Shown: positions 48,037 to 57,820, counted from the stretch's first letter. The stretch: DNA of 64,000 nt from Candidatus Eiseniibacteriota bacterium (GCA_038060295.1 JBBTHR010000006.1:8735-72734); one strand, 5' to 3'. Numbers and translations: made by a program. The notes: generated by a model from the sequence alone, not told the origin.

Positions 48037-49322
48037 GCCGCACGCTCCAGGACGAAGGCCGCGCCCTGGCCGCCGCCGACGCAGAGGGTCGCGAGCCCGA
48101 GCGATACGTCGCGGTGGCGCATCTCGCGCAGCAAGGTGAGAACCAGGCGCGTTCCCGAGACGCCGACCGGATGCCCCAGCGCGATCGCGCCGCCGTTCAC
48201 GTTCAGAATCGAGCGGTCGATCTCTCCCACGGGCGCGTCGAGGCCGAGCTTCTCGCGCGCGTAGGCGGCCGAGCCCATGGCGATCTCGTTCGCGATCACC
48301 TGCGCCGCGAACGCTTCGTTCAACTCGATGAGCCCGATGTCGGAGAATCTCACCCGCGCGCGGCGGAGCGCGACCGGCGTGGCGTGCGCGGGGCCGAGCC
48401 CCATGTGCGCGGGATCGAGCCCCACGAAGGCGTAGCCGCGTATCCTTCCCGCGGGCGCGAGGCCGAGCGCCCTCGCCTTCTCCGCCGAGGCCACCAGAAT
48501 CGCGGCGGCGCCGTCGGTGATGGGACAGGCGTTGCCGGGCGTCACGGTGCCGGTGCGCGGATCGAAGTAGGGGCGAAGTTTCGCCAGCGCCTCGAGCGAT
48601 TGCGTCTTTCGCGGCCCGACGTCCTGCGACACAACCTCGCGATAGGGCGCGGGAAAGACCGGCGCGATCTCCTCCGCGAAGCGCCCCGACTCCTGCGCCG
48701 CGGCCGCGCGGCGATGACTCTGGAGCGCGAAGTCGTCCTGCGCCTCACGGGAGATGCCGAACTCGCGCGCCAGGAGTTCCGCCGTCTCGCCCATGTTGAG
48801 CCCCGAAATCGGATCCATCAGGCCCTCCATCAGCGCGATCTTCGGCGTGAGGTCCTTCGGACGGAAGGAGGCGAGCGCTCCCACGCGCTGAACCGGACTT
48901 CTCGCCTTCATCAGCCGCTCGAAGACGCGCGTCATCCCGTCGCTCACGTGGAGAGGAATGCGGCTCATCGACTCCGTGCCGCCCGCGACGACGAGATCCG
49001 CCTGACCCGACGCCACGCGCTCGTACGCCTGCGCGATCGACTCCATGCCGGAGGCACAGTTGCGATGCACGGTGACGGCCGGGACGTGGTTCGGAATTCC
49101 CGCGAGAAGCGCGACGACGCGGGCGATGTTGGCGGAATCGGCGGGGCCGGCCACGTTGCCGATGATGACGTCGTCGACGTCGGCGGGCGATACTCCGGAA
49201 CGGGCGAGAAGTTCGGATACGGCGATGCGCCCCAGTTCCCGGGCCGGCACGCGCGCGAGGGCGGTGCCCGCCTTAGCGAACGGAGTGCGGAAGCCGTCGA
49301 GGAGTACGACGTCGCGCATCAT
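48033..49322 (-). CDS. fadA: Acetyl-CoA C-acyltransferase (thiolase)
   Basis: 429 aa. Active-site VHRNCASGM, NVNGGAIALGHPVG and LCVGGGQG. It overlaps fadB by 4 nt. Confidence 0.95.
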   Translation of the reverse strand: MMRDVVLLDGFRTPFAKAGTALARVPARELGRIAVSELLARSGVSPADVDDVIIGNVAGPADSANIARVVALLAGIPNHVPAVTVHRNCASGMESIAQAYERVASGQADLVVAGGTESMSRIPLHVSDGMTRVFERLMKARSPVQRVGALASFRPKDLTPKIALMEGLMDPISGLNMGETAELLAREFGISREAQDDFALQSHRRAAAAQESGRFAEEIAPVFPAPYREVVSQDVGPRKTQSLEALAKLRPYFDPRTGTVTPGNACPITDGAAAILVASAEKARALGLAPAGRIRGYAFVGLDPAHMGLGPAHATPVALRRARVRFSDIGLIELNEAFAAQVIANEIAMGSAAYAREKLGLDAPVGEIDRSILNVNGGAIALGHPVGVSGTRLVLTLLREMRHRDVSLGLATLCVGGGQGAAFVLERAA

Positions 49323-49406
49323 GTTCCTATCGCCTGAAGTCGTATAAGGGATTGAGTTTGGCCTTTACGCGCGGAGTGTGTCACAGTGTTTCGAGGAGGT
49401 CAATAT

Positions 49407-51080
49407 ATGGACGTTCGAACCGCACCCGACCTACTAAAATATGCAGTCGAGGTGCGCCGGAAGCCCAACGCCTTCCTGGTGAAACGGGAGGGCCGCTGGG
49501 AGCCCGTGCCCATCGATTCGGTGGCGCAGCATGTATCCGCCATGGCCCGGCAACTCCGCGCACGCGGGCTGGGAAAAGGCGATCGCGTCGCCATTTTTGC
49601 CGAGAGCCGCCTGGAGTGGGGTATGGCCGACATGGCGATCCTCGCAGCCGGCGGAGTGACCGTCCCCATCTACTCCACGCTCCCGGCGAACCAGGTCGCG
49701 CCCCTCCTGGCCGACTCCGGCGCCGTGGCCGCATTCACCTCGAGCGCCGAGCAGCGCGCCACGCTGGAGGAGGCCCGCGCGGCGGGGGCCCCCGCCCTCC
49801 GCTGGATCCACGCGTTCGACGAGGATCCCTGGCCCGCCACGCTCCCCGGCGCCGTCGATCCCGCGGTCCCACTCCAGCCCGACGACCTCGCTACGATCAT
49901 CTACACGTCGGGAACGACGGGATCGCCGAAGGGCGTGATGCTGACGCACGGGAACATCGTCTCCGAGGTCTTGCTGGCCCTGCAGGCCATGCAGCTCCGC
50001 ACCGACGACACGTATCTCTCGTTCCTCCCGCTCAGCCACATCTACGAGCGGACGAACGGGTTCTTCACGATGCTCTACGCCGGCGTGACGATCGCCTACG
50101 CGGAGTCGTTTCAGGCCCTGAGCCGAAATCTGCATGAGGTGCGTCCGACCATCATTCTCTCGGTGCCCCGAATGTACGAGAAGGTTCTGGGGGGCGCCGA
50201 CGAGCGCGTGGCCGGAGCCGGATTCCCCACCGGTCCGCTCTGGCGCTGGGCGCGGCGCGTGGCGATCGAGTGGGCCACCTGCCGCACGGAGAAGCGGGAT
50301 GCCCCGCCTCTCCTGGCGCTTCAGCATTCGCTCGCGGCGAAGATCGTCTATCGGAAGTTGATCGACGGCTTCGGCGGTCACACGCGCCTCCGCGTCTCCG
50401 GTGGCGCGGCGCTCCACCGCGAGGTGGCGCTCTTCTTCTACGGCTGCGGACTCCCCATCTTCGAGGGCTACGGACTCACCGAGACGAGCAGCGGGATCTC
50501 GGTGAACACCTTCGGGAAGCACAAGGTGGGCACCGTGGGCCCCCTGTTCCGAAACATCGAGGTGAAGATCGCGCCCGACGGCGAGATCCTGATCCGCGGG
50601 CCGGTCGTCATGAAGGGCTACTGGCAAAAGCCCGAGGCTACCGCGGAGGTGATCCGGGACGGCTGGTTCCACAGCGGCGACATCGGTGAAATGGATGCGG
50701 ACGGTTTTCTCCGGATCACCGACCGGAAGAAGGACATCCTCGTGACCTCGGGCGGAAAGAAGGTGGCGCCGCAGACGATCGAGGGGGCGCTGAAGTCGTC
50801 GCCGCGGATCGCGGAGGCGCTCGTGGTGGGCGAAGGCCAGAAGTTCGTCGCGGCGCTGATCGTCCCCGCGGAGGGCGCCACGCGCGAACAGATCGCCGAG
50901 GAGGTGGCGCGCGTGAACGAGGCGCTCGCCGATTTCGAGAAGATCAAGAAGTTCGCGCTCATCCCCAACGATCTCACCGTCGAGAGCGGCCTCATGACAC
51001 CGTCGCACAAGTTGAAACGGAAGGCTGTGATCGAGCGTCATCGGGACGTGGTGGCGCGGCTCTTCGGTGAGGGAGCGTAG
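49407..51080 (+). CDS. fadD: Long-chain fatty acid-CoA ligase (AMP-binding)
   Basis: The ATG is preceded by GAGGAGG. AMP motif IIYTSGTTGSPKGVML, YGLTETS and GWFHSGDIG...DRKKD. Confidence 0.93.
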   Translation: MDVRTAPDLLKYAVEVRRKPNAFLVKREGRWEPVPIDSVAQHVSAMARQLRARGLGKGDRVAIFAESRLEWGMADMAILAAGGVTVPIYSTLPANQVAPLLADSGAVAAFTSSAEQRATLEEARAAGAPALRWIHAFDEDPWPATLPGAVDPAVPLQPDDLATIIYTSGTTGSPKGVMLTHGNIVSEVLLALQAMQLRTDDTYLSFLPLSHIYERTNGFFTMLYAGVTIAYAESFQALSRNLHEVRPTIILSVPRMYEKVLGGADERVAGAGFPTGPLWRWARRVAIEWATCRTEKRDAPPLLALQHSLAAKIVYRKLIDGFGGHTRLRVSGGAALHREVALFFYGCGLPIFEGYGLTETSSGISVNTFGKHKVGTVGPLFRNIEVKIAPDGEILIRGPVVMKGYWQKPEATAEVIRDGWFHSGDIGEMDADGFLRITDRKKDILVTSGGKKVAPQTIEGALKSSPRIAEALVVGEGQKFVAALIVPAEGATREQIAEEVARVNEALADFEKIKKFALIPNDLTVESGLMTPSHKLKRKAVIERHRDVVARLFGEGA

Positions 51081-51108
51081 GCTGAAGGTTTCGCGATTCC
51101 CGACCCGG

Positions 51109-52287
51109 ATGGCGAGAGGATTGGCCGCCGCGCTCCTCGCGGGGCTGGCACTCTCGGGCGGCTGCGCCGCCACGAGTAGCACTGGGGCCGCGGCGGGTTC
51201 CTCGCGTGCAGCCGCGGCCGGTTCCTCGCGGGCAGCCGTGGCCGGAACTCCCGAGTCCGCGCCCGCGAATCGTGGTCCGGCGCGGGCGCTTCGCGGCGAC
51301 GATCTGGTTCTCGACCTGAACCCTGCCGCCGAGATCCTCTCGCTCTGGATGGAGCCGAACGACGACGTTCGCTCGCGCGCCCGCGCCATCGCCACCGATC
51401 TTCCCTACCTGACGCTCCGGAACTACTACTCCACGATGATGCGCTGCGTCCCCTCCGACGCCGAGGTGGCGAGAGCCATCGCGGTGCCCGATTCGGGAAT
51501 CTGCGGATTCGGGCTGGAGTCCGCCTATCGCGAGCGCGCGTCGGTGGACAGCCTGGTGCGTGCGCTGGTGCTGCGGGGCGGCGCGATCCGGGCGCGCGTC
51601 GCGGCCGATGTGGCCGCCTACGTGCCCAAGCGGCCCTGGAAGCCAATACGCGTCTTCTTCGTGATCGCGACCCGCTACCTCTTCGACGCCGTGACGCTCG
51701 ACCGGAGTCTGGACGGCGGCGGCCCGACGGTGCTCTTCAACCTGAGCGAGGCGCTCAACTACGGCGGCTCCACCGAGGAGCGCATGGCGATCGTGGAGCG
51801 CGTGCTGGCTCACGAGACGTTTCACGCCGCGCTCCGGCAGCTGGAGTTCGGGGAGCCGGGGTGGCGGCACTATCACGATCCCACGAACACCTTCGACTAC
51901 ATCGCGCGCGTGATGCTGGACGAAGGGGTGGCGCACTACATCGACTGGAAGGAGCGCGCCGGCGCCGACACGTTGTTCGCGGCGAGACTGAGTTCGCGGG
52001 AACGGAAGGCGTTCGACCAACTGGCGCTCGCCTGCAGACGGTTGCGCGATCCGCAGACCGACCCTGAAGCGCGCGAGGAAATCCTGGGGCTGGCCGCCAC
52101 CGGGCCGATCTGGAGCAAGTACGGCGCGATTTCGGGTATGTTCGCGGCGTGGAGAATCGAGAGGGCGTGGGGGCGGGACTCGTTGCGAGCCGCGGTCGTG
52201 GGTGGACCGCGGGAGTTGCGGCGCCTCTACGCGACGGCGGCCGCGGCGGACACGTCGCTGAAGCGCTGGCCGAAGGAGTTGGAGTGA
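51109..52287 (+). CDS. Lipoprotein, putative zinc-dependent peptidase (DUF2268/DUF5700-like)
   Basis: Lipobox LALSGGC. HExxH (LAHETFHA) with a downstream DEGVAHY. A duplicated AAAGSSRAA linker is encoded by a 27-nt tandem repeat near 51185-51245. Confidence 0.65.
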   Translation: MARGLAAALLAGLALSGGCAATSSTGAAAGSSRAAAAGSSRAAVAGTPESAPANRGPARALRGDDLVLDLNPAAEILSLWMEPNDDVRSRARAIATDLPYLTLRNYYSTMMRCVPSDAEVARAIAVPDSGICGFGLESAYRERASVDSLVRALVLRGGAIRARVAADVAAYVPKRPWKPIRVFFVIATRYLFDAVTLDRSLDGGGPTVLFNLSEALNYGGSTEERMAIVERVLAHETFHAALRQLEFGEPGWRHYHDPTNTFDYIARVMLDEGVAHYIDWKERAGADTLFAARLSSRERKAFDQLALACRRLRDPQTDPEAREEILGLAATGPIWSKYGAISGMFAAWRIERAWGRDSLRAAVVGGPRELRRLYATAAAADTSLKRWPKELE

Positions 52288-52291
52288 TCCG

Positions 52292-53119
52292 ATGACGCCC
52301 GAACCGAGCCGCTCCGTCATCGAAAGTCCCGCCGCGATTCGTAAGGAAGGCCCCGCATCCGACGATCTGATTCTGGACGAGTTGGTGGACGCGGCGCGGA
52401 AGTTCCCCGATCGCCAGCTTCTCCAGTTCCGGAGCCGAATCGGCGCGAGCCAGTATCGGCGCCTCTATCGGCTGGTCCGTCGGTACACGCGAGAAGGCGC
52501 CGCGGTGCTCGACTGGGGCTCGGGAAACGGGCACTTCACCTATTTCCTCCAGCGTGCGGCGCGCGCGGCGCACGGTTTCTCGCTCCTGCCGGGCGCGTTC
52601 CGCGCGTGGATTCCCGATCCGGATTACCCGTTCATCCAGGGCAACGAGGCGGAGCCGGTCCGGCTTCCCTACGCCGACGCGACGTTCGATGCGGTCGTGT
52701 CGGTTGGAGTGCTGGAGCATGTACGGGAGACGGGCGGGGACGAGTCGCGGAGTCTGGGCGAGATCGTGCGCGTGTTGAAGCCGGGGGGAGTTTTCATCTG
52801 TTACCACTTTCCGAATCAGCACAGTCTCATCGATCGGCTGGCGCGGAGGTTTCCCAGCATGCATCGTCATGAGTTTCGTTACACGTCGGGCGATATAAGG
52901 GCGCTGGTCGCGGGCGCCGGGATGCGGCTGGAGGCCATGGGGCGATATGGGAGTCTGCCCCGGAATTCCGCCGGGGCGCTGCCGGATGCGCTGGCGCGGT
53001 CAGGGGCGGTGGCGGCGGTTTGGGACGCGGCGGACGCCGCGCTTGGGACCGTGTTGGCTCGCTGGTGCCAGAACTACTGTTTCGTGGCTCGGAAGGGTGA
53101 GGCGCTTGGATTGCGCTGA
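52292..53119 (+). CDS. Class I SAM-dependent methyltransferase
   Basis: VLDWGSGNGHFT motif I, FDAVVSVGVLEHV and LKPGGVFI. Confidence 0.8.
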   Translation: MTPEPSRSVIESPAAIRKEGPASDDLILDELVDAARKFPDRQLLQFRSRIGASQYRRLYRLVRRYTREGAAVLDWGSGNGHFTYFLQRAARAAHGFSLLPGAFRAWIPDPDYPFIQGNEAEPVRLPYADATFDAVVSVGVLEHVRETGGDESRSLGEIVRVLKPGGVFICYHFPNQHSLIDRLARRFPSMHRHEFRYTSGDIRALVAGAGMRLEAMGRYGSLPRNSAGALPDALARSGAVAAVWDAADAALGTVLARWCQNYCFVARKGEALGLR

Positions 53120-53177
53120 GCCAGGCGACGAGTGCTGTCGTCTGGAGTGGAAAGCCGACATTGGGACGGTTCTCGTG

Positions 53178-54011
53178 CTATTTCTTGTCTGTGTTGATTG
53201 GAACGAAAAGTATGACCCAGTCAGCCACAGGACCGATTGGGGCCTGAGCGGGCGAGAAGTTCCACAAATCAAGAGCAGCGCGTGCGGCTTTGGCGGCTGC
53301 TGAAAGTGGCGAGCCAGGGGCGCGACCCAATACTCGCGCCTCCAAGAGCCGGCCCTCCCTGGATATCACCGCAAGGAATCGAACGCTGTCTTCGCTCCCC
53401 GAAACGTTGCACGAGCGGCAAACCCCCGGGGGGCCCCCGAGCGCCCGCGCGCGTACCGACAAGTGTTGAGTGGTGACATATTCCGGCCCATCGATCGGGA
53501 TGAGTGCGAACCCGCTGTATCGGAACCGAATTCCCTTTCGAATTGTCTCTTCCCGAACGGGTTCGAATCTGCCGTTCGCCGTCTCTGCACTCGGCGGCCC
53601 CACACTCATCACGTAGTCGCCCTCATCGATGTGGTATCCATCCGACGAGACGTGTCGTACGTTCAGCCGGACCTGGCCTAAGGATGGCGCGCCCGGAACG
53701 AAACGAAGTTCCCATTCACGATCCGCAGGGCCACGCCATGCGGCAGAGGGGTGAATCAGCCTTACCAAGTCTCCCGCCACTAGTTTCGCACCTTCCGGAA
53801 GTTGGATGCTGACCGTGGCCGTCGAGTTCCTCTCGTAGGCTCCGTCGACACTCACGAGCAGGGAAACAGGTTCACCTGTGATCCACGACCTCTGAACATA
53901 GGAAACCCACAGCGGTGAGTCGTGCGGAACAACGGACCCGCTGCTCGCATGCGCAGTGCCGTGAGCGATGAGCATTACCGCCAGAATTCTGATGAAGCAG
54001 ATCCTCAACAT
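53178..54011 (-). CDS. Secreted protein with a TonB-C-terminal-like domain
   Basis: Signal peptide MLRICFIRILAVMLIAHGTAHA. The last roughly 80 aa (VRFLAVISREGRLLEARVLG...AAKAARAALDLWNFSPAQ..PIGPVADWVILFVPI) resemble the TonB_C fold pattern. It lies 11 nt downstream of the 1158-aa gene. Confidence 0.6.
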   Translation of the reverse strand: MLRICFIRILAVMLIAHGTAHASSGSVVPHDSPLWVSYVQRSWITGEPVSLLVSVDGAYERNSTATVSIQLPEGAKLVAGDLVRLIHPSAAWRGPADREWELRFVPGAPSLGQVRLNVRHVSSDGYHIDEGDYVMSVGPPSAETANGRFEPVREETIRKGIRFRYSGFALIPIDGPEYVTTQHLSVRARALGGPPGVCRSCNVSGSEDSVRFLAVISREGRLLEARVLGRAPGSPLSAAAKAARAALDLWNFSPAQAPIGPVADWVILFVPINTDKK

Positions 54012-54022
54012 ATACCCTCCGC

Positions 54023-57000
54023 CTACTGGAGCTTGACCAGCCTCACTGTCCGCTTCATTCCGGGACCTTCCAATCGACAGAAGTAAACTCCTGCCGACGC
54101 CTTTCTGCCATGACGGTCATTGCCATCCCAGCGAACCTCGTGCAATCCGGGACCCACTAGCCCTCGCGAAAGCGTCGTGACGAGCCGTCCCTGGACATCG
54201 TACAGTTTGACTTGGATGGGGGCCACTTTCGCGACCTCGGGGATGGTGATTGCAATGACTGAATTTCGGCGAAACGGATTTGGTTTCGCGTGCAGATTCC
54301 ACGTCGGTGGTGGGGCCTGATCATAATCACTTATTCCTGTAACCCCGCCTTGTATTCCATGCTCCCAGAATAAATCCCAAGTGCGCTTGTATCGGTCAGT
54401 CCACATGTTTGGTGTGTATGTGGCCGCCTGATAAACCGAACGAAAGTCGAATACAGTCCTAATCACCGTTGCCGCCGGGACATGCGACGGATTGCTGTCC
54501 CGAAGAACGCTCCAGAGGGTCTCGATTCCGTCTGCGAGCGAGTCACCGGACGCATCCCCATTCTGATTGTCCGCTTCCGAGTCCATGACATCATAGAGCA
54601 AACTGGCTATTGACACCTCGAATAGGGGACCCGAAGCGTTGAGCGTATCGACTTGGCCATGCGGCGAAAGGGTCACCAGGCCACGCTCGAGGTCCAGGAT
54701 GGCTTCGCCTTGAATGCCCAATCCGTCGACGCCCCTATTTCGTATGGTCTGGCTCGGTGGTCCCCATTGGCGGAACAGGCCGAAGAAATGCCCCCAGCCC
54801 TCGCCCCAGGCAAGCTCGAGCGATGGGCTGGGGCCGTTTATCGTATGATCGCCTCCTGGAGACATGTCGAAGCCCATTCTGGAAGACACGTGATGGCCAT
54901 ACTCATGCAGCACCCACGAGTCGTCGGCCTCGTCCGGAGTGTAGCCCCACGATGGAGTGCTCGAGCCATTGATGTGAATGGTACTTGTGTTGACCGCGTA
55001 GCTCGTGACTCTTGAATACCCAGGCGACCACTGTACGGTGAGGGGCCCGAGCCCGATACTTGTGGGGCATCGGTCACGAACCCAGGCCCACCCACGCTCG
55101 GCGATCGTCTTCATCATGTGCAGAGCCCACCGATCGCCGTAGCCGGTAGGCTTGAGAAGCCCAACGTCAAGTGTGTCTCCAGCGAAGTCTTCCGTCACGC
55201 CCGACTCGAATGCCCACGGCGTGCCGTCGTCCTTCACCATGGTAACAAGCCAGGAGCCAGGATAGGAAAGGTTCCAGCAGTTCTCGTTACTTCTGTAGTT
55301 CACACGCACTTTGAGATCTAGAAACCCATTGTCATCGTCGGTGTCTACGTTGGCAATTGGGCCGATGATGAAACGCCCAGTATCCCAACAGCATACCGCT
55401 GCCGCGCCAAGCGTATCGATTCCATTGGGATCCCCGGTGTCGATGACCATCACATCGTTGCACGGGGTCGTCGTCGTCCCCAAGAGAGAATCGTCATAGA
55501 AGAAGGTCCCCGTGACGTAAATCAATCTTGAGGCCCATACCGTCTGCACCGGCCCGTGCGAGTTGTTACCCTCGGTGCTGCCCTCATCGACCGCGTTCGT
55601 CGCGTCCGCCAGTAGGTACATGTTCCACGTCTCGGCTTTGGTTCCCGTCGCGTAGAAGTGGAGAACGGTCGATGCGCCGGCTCCAAGCGTCCCCACGGTC
55701 ACGGATTGTTCTCCTCGGGTGCCGTATGCTGGGGGGCTTCCACGATTCTTGTACCAGTCGAGGGCGCAACTCCCACCCGTTGCAGCGGTTCCCTGGTTAC
55801 GCACGGTCACGGCGATGTCCACCGTCTGCCCCATCGTAAACGTGTACGCAACGGCACTCCCCGTTTCCAACAACGCGGGCGCCATCGCGGGAGCCGCAGG
55901 CGGCGTTTGCGCGGTCACCGTCACGCTCTGCACGATGAGGTCGGGCGCGGGGGGATTCGACCACGTGAACGCGGCTTGATACGTGTTGTCCCCCTCGTTC
56001 GACTCCGTGATGGAGCCGGTGGGATCGATCACCATCTTGAGCGTGTGCGTCCCGGCTGTGTTGACCACGTAGCCCCAATCGGTGCGCGTGTACGTGGTGT
56101 TCGCCGAAAGCGAGAAAACGTAGTCCGATCCGATCCACCCGTTGTCGAGGTAGTAGTCGACGTAGAATCCGCCGGCGGACCCCGTGTCGGCATTGCGGAT
56201 GGCCCAGTCGATGTTGGTGAACTGACCCGTGAGTAGGTTCGCGCCGGTCGTCGTGGTGCCAAAGCTCATCGAAGGGACGATCGGCCCGCTCCAGCCCGTG
56301 GGAGTGGTCGCGAGGAGATTCGGCGAGTTGGCGGTGACTTGAATGTCGTCCAAGAGAATTCCGCCCGCGGCGGTAATCGAGTTGTCGCTCGCGAACACGA
56401 AACGAAGATAGAGGTTGTCATACGCGTGGCCGGAATTGTCGAAGATCCATTGCCTCTGAACCCAGCCCCCCGACGAGCCGGTCATTTCGATGAGCTGCGT
56501 CAGGGGATTGGGCGCCCCGCCCGCCTGGAACGAAAGGAAGTCGTAGCCCGACTCCATGTTGCAATTGACCCAGAAGCTGACCGTGAAGGACGAGTAGGAG
56601 CCCATGTAGATCGACGAGACGTTCTCCAGATCGGCCGTCTGGTTGTTGTCGTAGGCGGCGCATCCCACATCTCCGTGCCAGGCTGCCGATACGATCCACG
56701 ACCCGCCGTGCGCGGCCCCACATATTACGTCGCCCCAATAGTCGAGACCGTTGTACGAGTTGTAGTCTGCCGCGCTCCAGGAGGAACCCGGCACGAACTC
56801 GGTTTCGAACCCTTCGGAGAAAACGACCGGTCCCGCAACCGCCTCCCCCGCGGCAGGGGCGGCGCTCGCCCTCCTTCCCCCGCTCGATTGGCCGGATCCC
56901 GGTGGCGCCTTCGGGGGCGCGGAACCTGTCGGCTGTCTGATGCTCTCGGGCGGCCGGTACTCCCAGCAGGAAATACCGCGCTCTCCCAATTCATAGAAAT

Positions 57001-57499
57001 GGCGAATGGTGCTTCGGACAACCACGGTGCACGGTGGTGCGCAGGCAATCGTGTCGCCCAGAGCGAGAAGTCTGCCGAGAGATGCGGAGTCCTCAACCGC
57101 GATCGCCATGGTGATCGGCAGGTGTCCCTTCAGGCTGATCTTCCTCTCGCGCAGGGCCTGCGCGTCTTGCTCGAGCTGAGAGGCGCCCTTGGCGGCTAGG
57201 GGCCGCCAGACACGCGACCCAACGTCCTTCATCTCCTCGCCACGGGGCCCCATTCGGACGATGGGACCTTGGCCAGTGTTGAGGCCGTCTCCGAAAATGG
57301 CCGCGCTGTCGGGGCCGACCCCGTCGGAGGGAGCCGAGGTTTCGAAATGCCGCTCGGAGTGGGTTGTATCGGGGGGTGTCGGTGACTCGGCGGGGTTCGC
57401 GCCGGTACCGGCGGGTGCCCCCGCGAGCACGATCAAGACGGTGACGGCGGACAGAATGACCCGGTTCGGATTCGTCGCGGCGTGAGAGACGTGTGGCAT
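54023..57499 (-). CDS. 1158-aa secreted multidomain protein: choice-of-anchor/MAM-like region, two CARDB-like domains, an HExxH domain and a FlgD-Ig/T9SS-like C-terminus
   Basis: Signal-anchor VILSAVTVLIVLAGAPAG. FSEGFETEFVPGSSWSAADYNSYNGLDYWG. CARDB-like GGFYVDYYLDN...ITESNEGDNTY and VTVRNQGTAATGG...VDEGSTEGNNSHG. WVLHEYGHHV. C-terminus KPNPFRRNSVIAITIP...VKLYDVQGRLVTTL...VRWDGNDRHGRKASAGVYFCRL. Confidence 0.8.
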   Translation of the reverse strand: MPHVSHAATNPNRVILSAVTVLIVLAGAPAGTGANPAESPTPPDTTHSERHFETSAPSDGVGPDSAAIFGDGLNTGQGPIVRMGPRGEEMKDVGSRVWRPLAAKGASQLEQDAQALRERKISLKGHLPITMAIAVEDSASLGRLLALGDTIACAPPCTVVVRSTIRHFYELGERGISCWEYRPPESIRQPTGSAPPKAPPGSGQSSGGRRASAAPAAGEAVAGPVVFSEGFETEFVPGSSWSAADYNSYNGLDYWGDVICGAAHGGSWIVSAAWHGDVGCAAYDNNQTADLENVSSIYMGSYSSFTVSFWVNCNMESGYDFLSFQAGGAPNPLTQLIEMTGSSGGWVQRQWIFDNSGHAYDNLYLRFVFASDNSITAAGGILLDDIQVTANSPNLLATTPTGWSGPIVPSMSFGTTTTGANLLTGQFTNIDWAIRNADTGSAGGFYVDYYLDNGWIGSDYVFSLSANTTYTRTDWGYVVNTAGTHTLKMVIDPTGSITESNEGDNTYQAAFTWSNPPAPDLIVQSVTVTAQTPPAAPAMAPALLETGSAVAYTFTMGQTVDIAVTVRNQGTAATGGSCALDWYKNRGSPPAYGTRGEQSVTVGTLGAGASTVLHFYATGTKAETWNMYLLADATNAVDEGSTEGNNSHGPVQTVWASRLIYVTGTFFYDDSLLGTTTTPCNDVMVIDTGDPNGIDTLGAAAVCCWDTGRFIIGPIANVDTDDDNGFLDLKVRVNYRSNENCWNLSYPGSWLVTMVKDDGTPWAFESGVTEDFAGDTLDVGLLKPTGYGDRWALHMMKTIAERGWAWVRDRCPTSIGLGPLTVQWSPGYSRVTSYAVNTSTIHINGSSTPSWGYTPDEADDSWVLHEYGHHVSSRMGFDMSPGGDHTINGPSPSLELAWGEGWGHFFGLFRQWGPPSQTIRNRGVDGLGIQGEAILDLERGLVTLSPHGQVDTLNASGPLFEVSIASLLYDVMDSEADNQNGDASGDSLADGIETLWSVLRDSNPSHVPAATVIRTVFDFRSVYQAATYTPNMWTDRYKRTWDLFWEHGIQGGVTGISDYDQAPPPTWNLHAKPNPFRRNSVIAITIPEVAKVAPIQVKLYDVQGRLVTTLSRGLVGPGLHEVRWDGNDRHGRKASAGVYFCRLEGPGMKRTVRLVKLQ

Positions 57500-57587
57500 G
57501 CACCTCCTCCTTCGTCTGATGCCCTAGGAGCCGAAGTCTTGATCGGCAAGGCGGAACAATAGAGCCGAAGCCTCGCTCCGCCCTAGG

Positions 57588-57602
57588 GCAAGTGCGATGC
57601 CA
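57588..57602 (-). promoter_or_regulatory. Sigma-54 promoter TGGCATCGCACTTGC (minus strand)
   Basis: GG-N10-GC spacing is correct and 9 of 10 core positions of TGGCAC-N5-TTGC match. It lies about 90 nt upstream of the ATG at 57499. Confidence 0.65.
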
Positions 57603-57692
57603 ACCGCAGGTGACGGTCCGGGGGATGGATGTGTTGATCTATCAGAAGATAGGACGGGAGCTTGGGGTGCGAACGTGCGGGGGGAGTGTCAG

Positions 57693-57720
57693 CGCGTGAA
57701 CGCCGTCAGAAGTTGACGCG
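57693..57720. promoter_or_regulatory. Inverted repeat CGCGTGAAC-N10-GTTGACGCG (candidate enhancer/UAS)
   Basis: 9-bp arms with one mismatch, 91-118 bp upstream of the -24 element. The GGCGAATGGG direct repeats at 57728 and 57781 are nearby. Confidence 0.4.
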
Positions 57721-57820
57721 CCTGGCAGGCGAATGGGCTGGATGGACGATAGGCGCAGACGGCTGGACTTCCGACGCGGGGGCGAATGGGAGAGCCGGAC
57801 AGGTTCCTGCGCCTTGATGC

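Noticed and set aside
51185-51245. 27-nt tandem duplication (GCCGCGGCSGGTTCCTCGCGKGCA)
   Set aside because: It lies inside the lipoprotein linker region and encodes a duplicated AAAGSSRAA. It is a simple in-frame coding duplication, not a CRISPR or regulatory repeat.
57635-57655. Possible IHF site (TATCAGAAGATAG) between the enhancer-like repeats and the sigma-54 promoter
   Set aside because: It matches WATCAANNNNTTR only weakly. I mention it inside a finding but it is not supportable as a feature.
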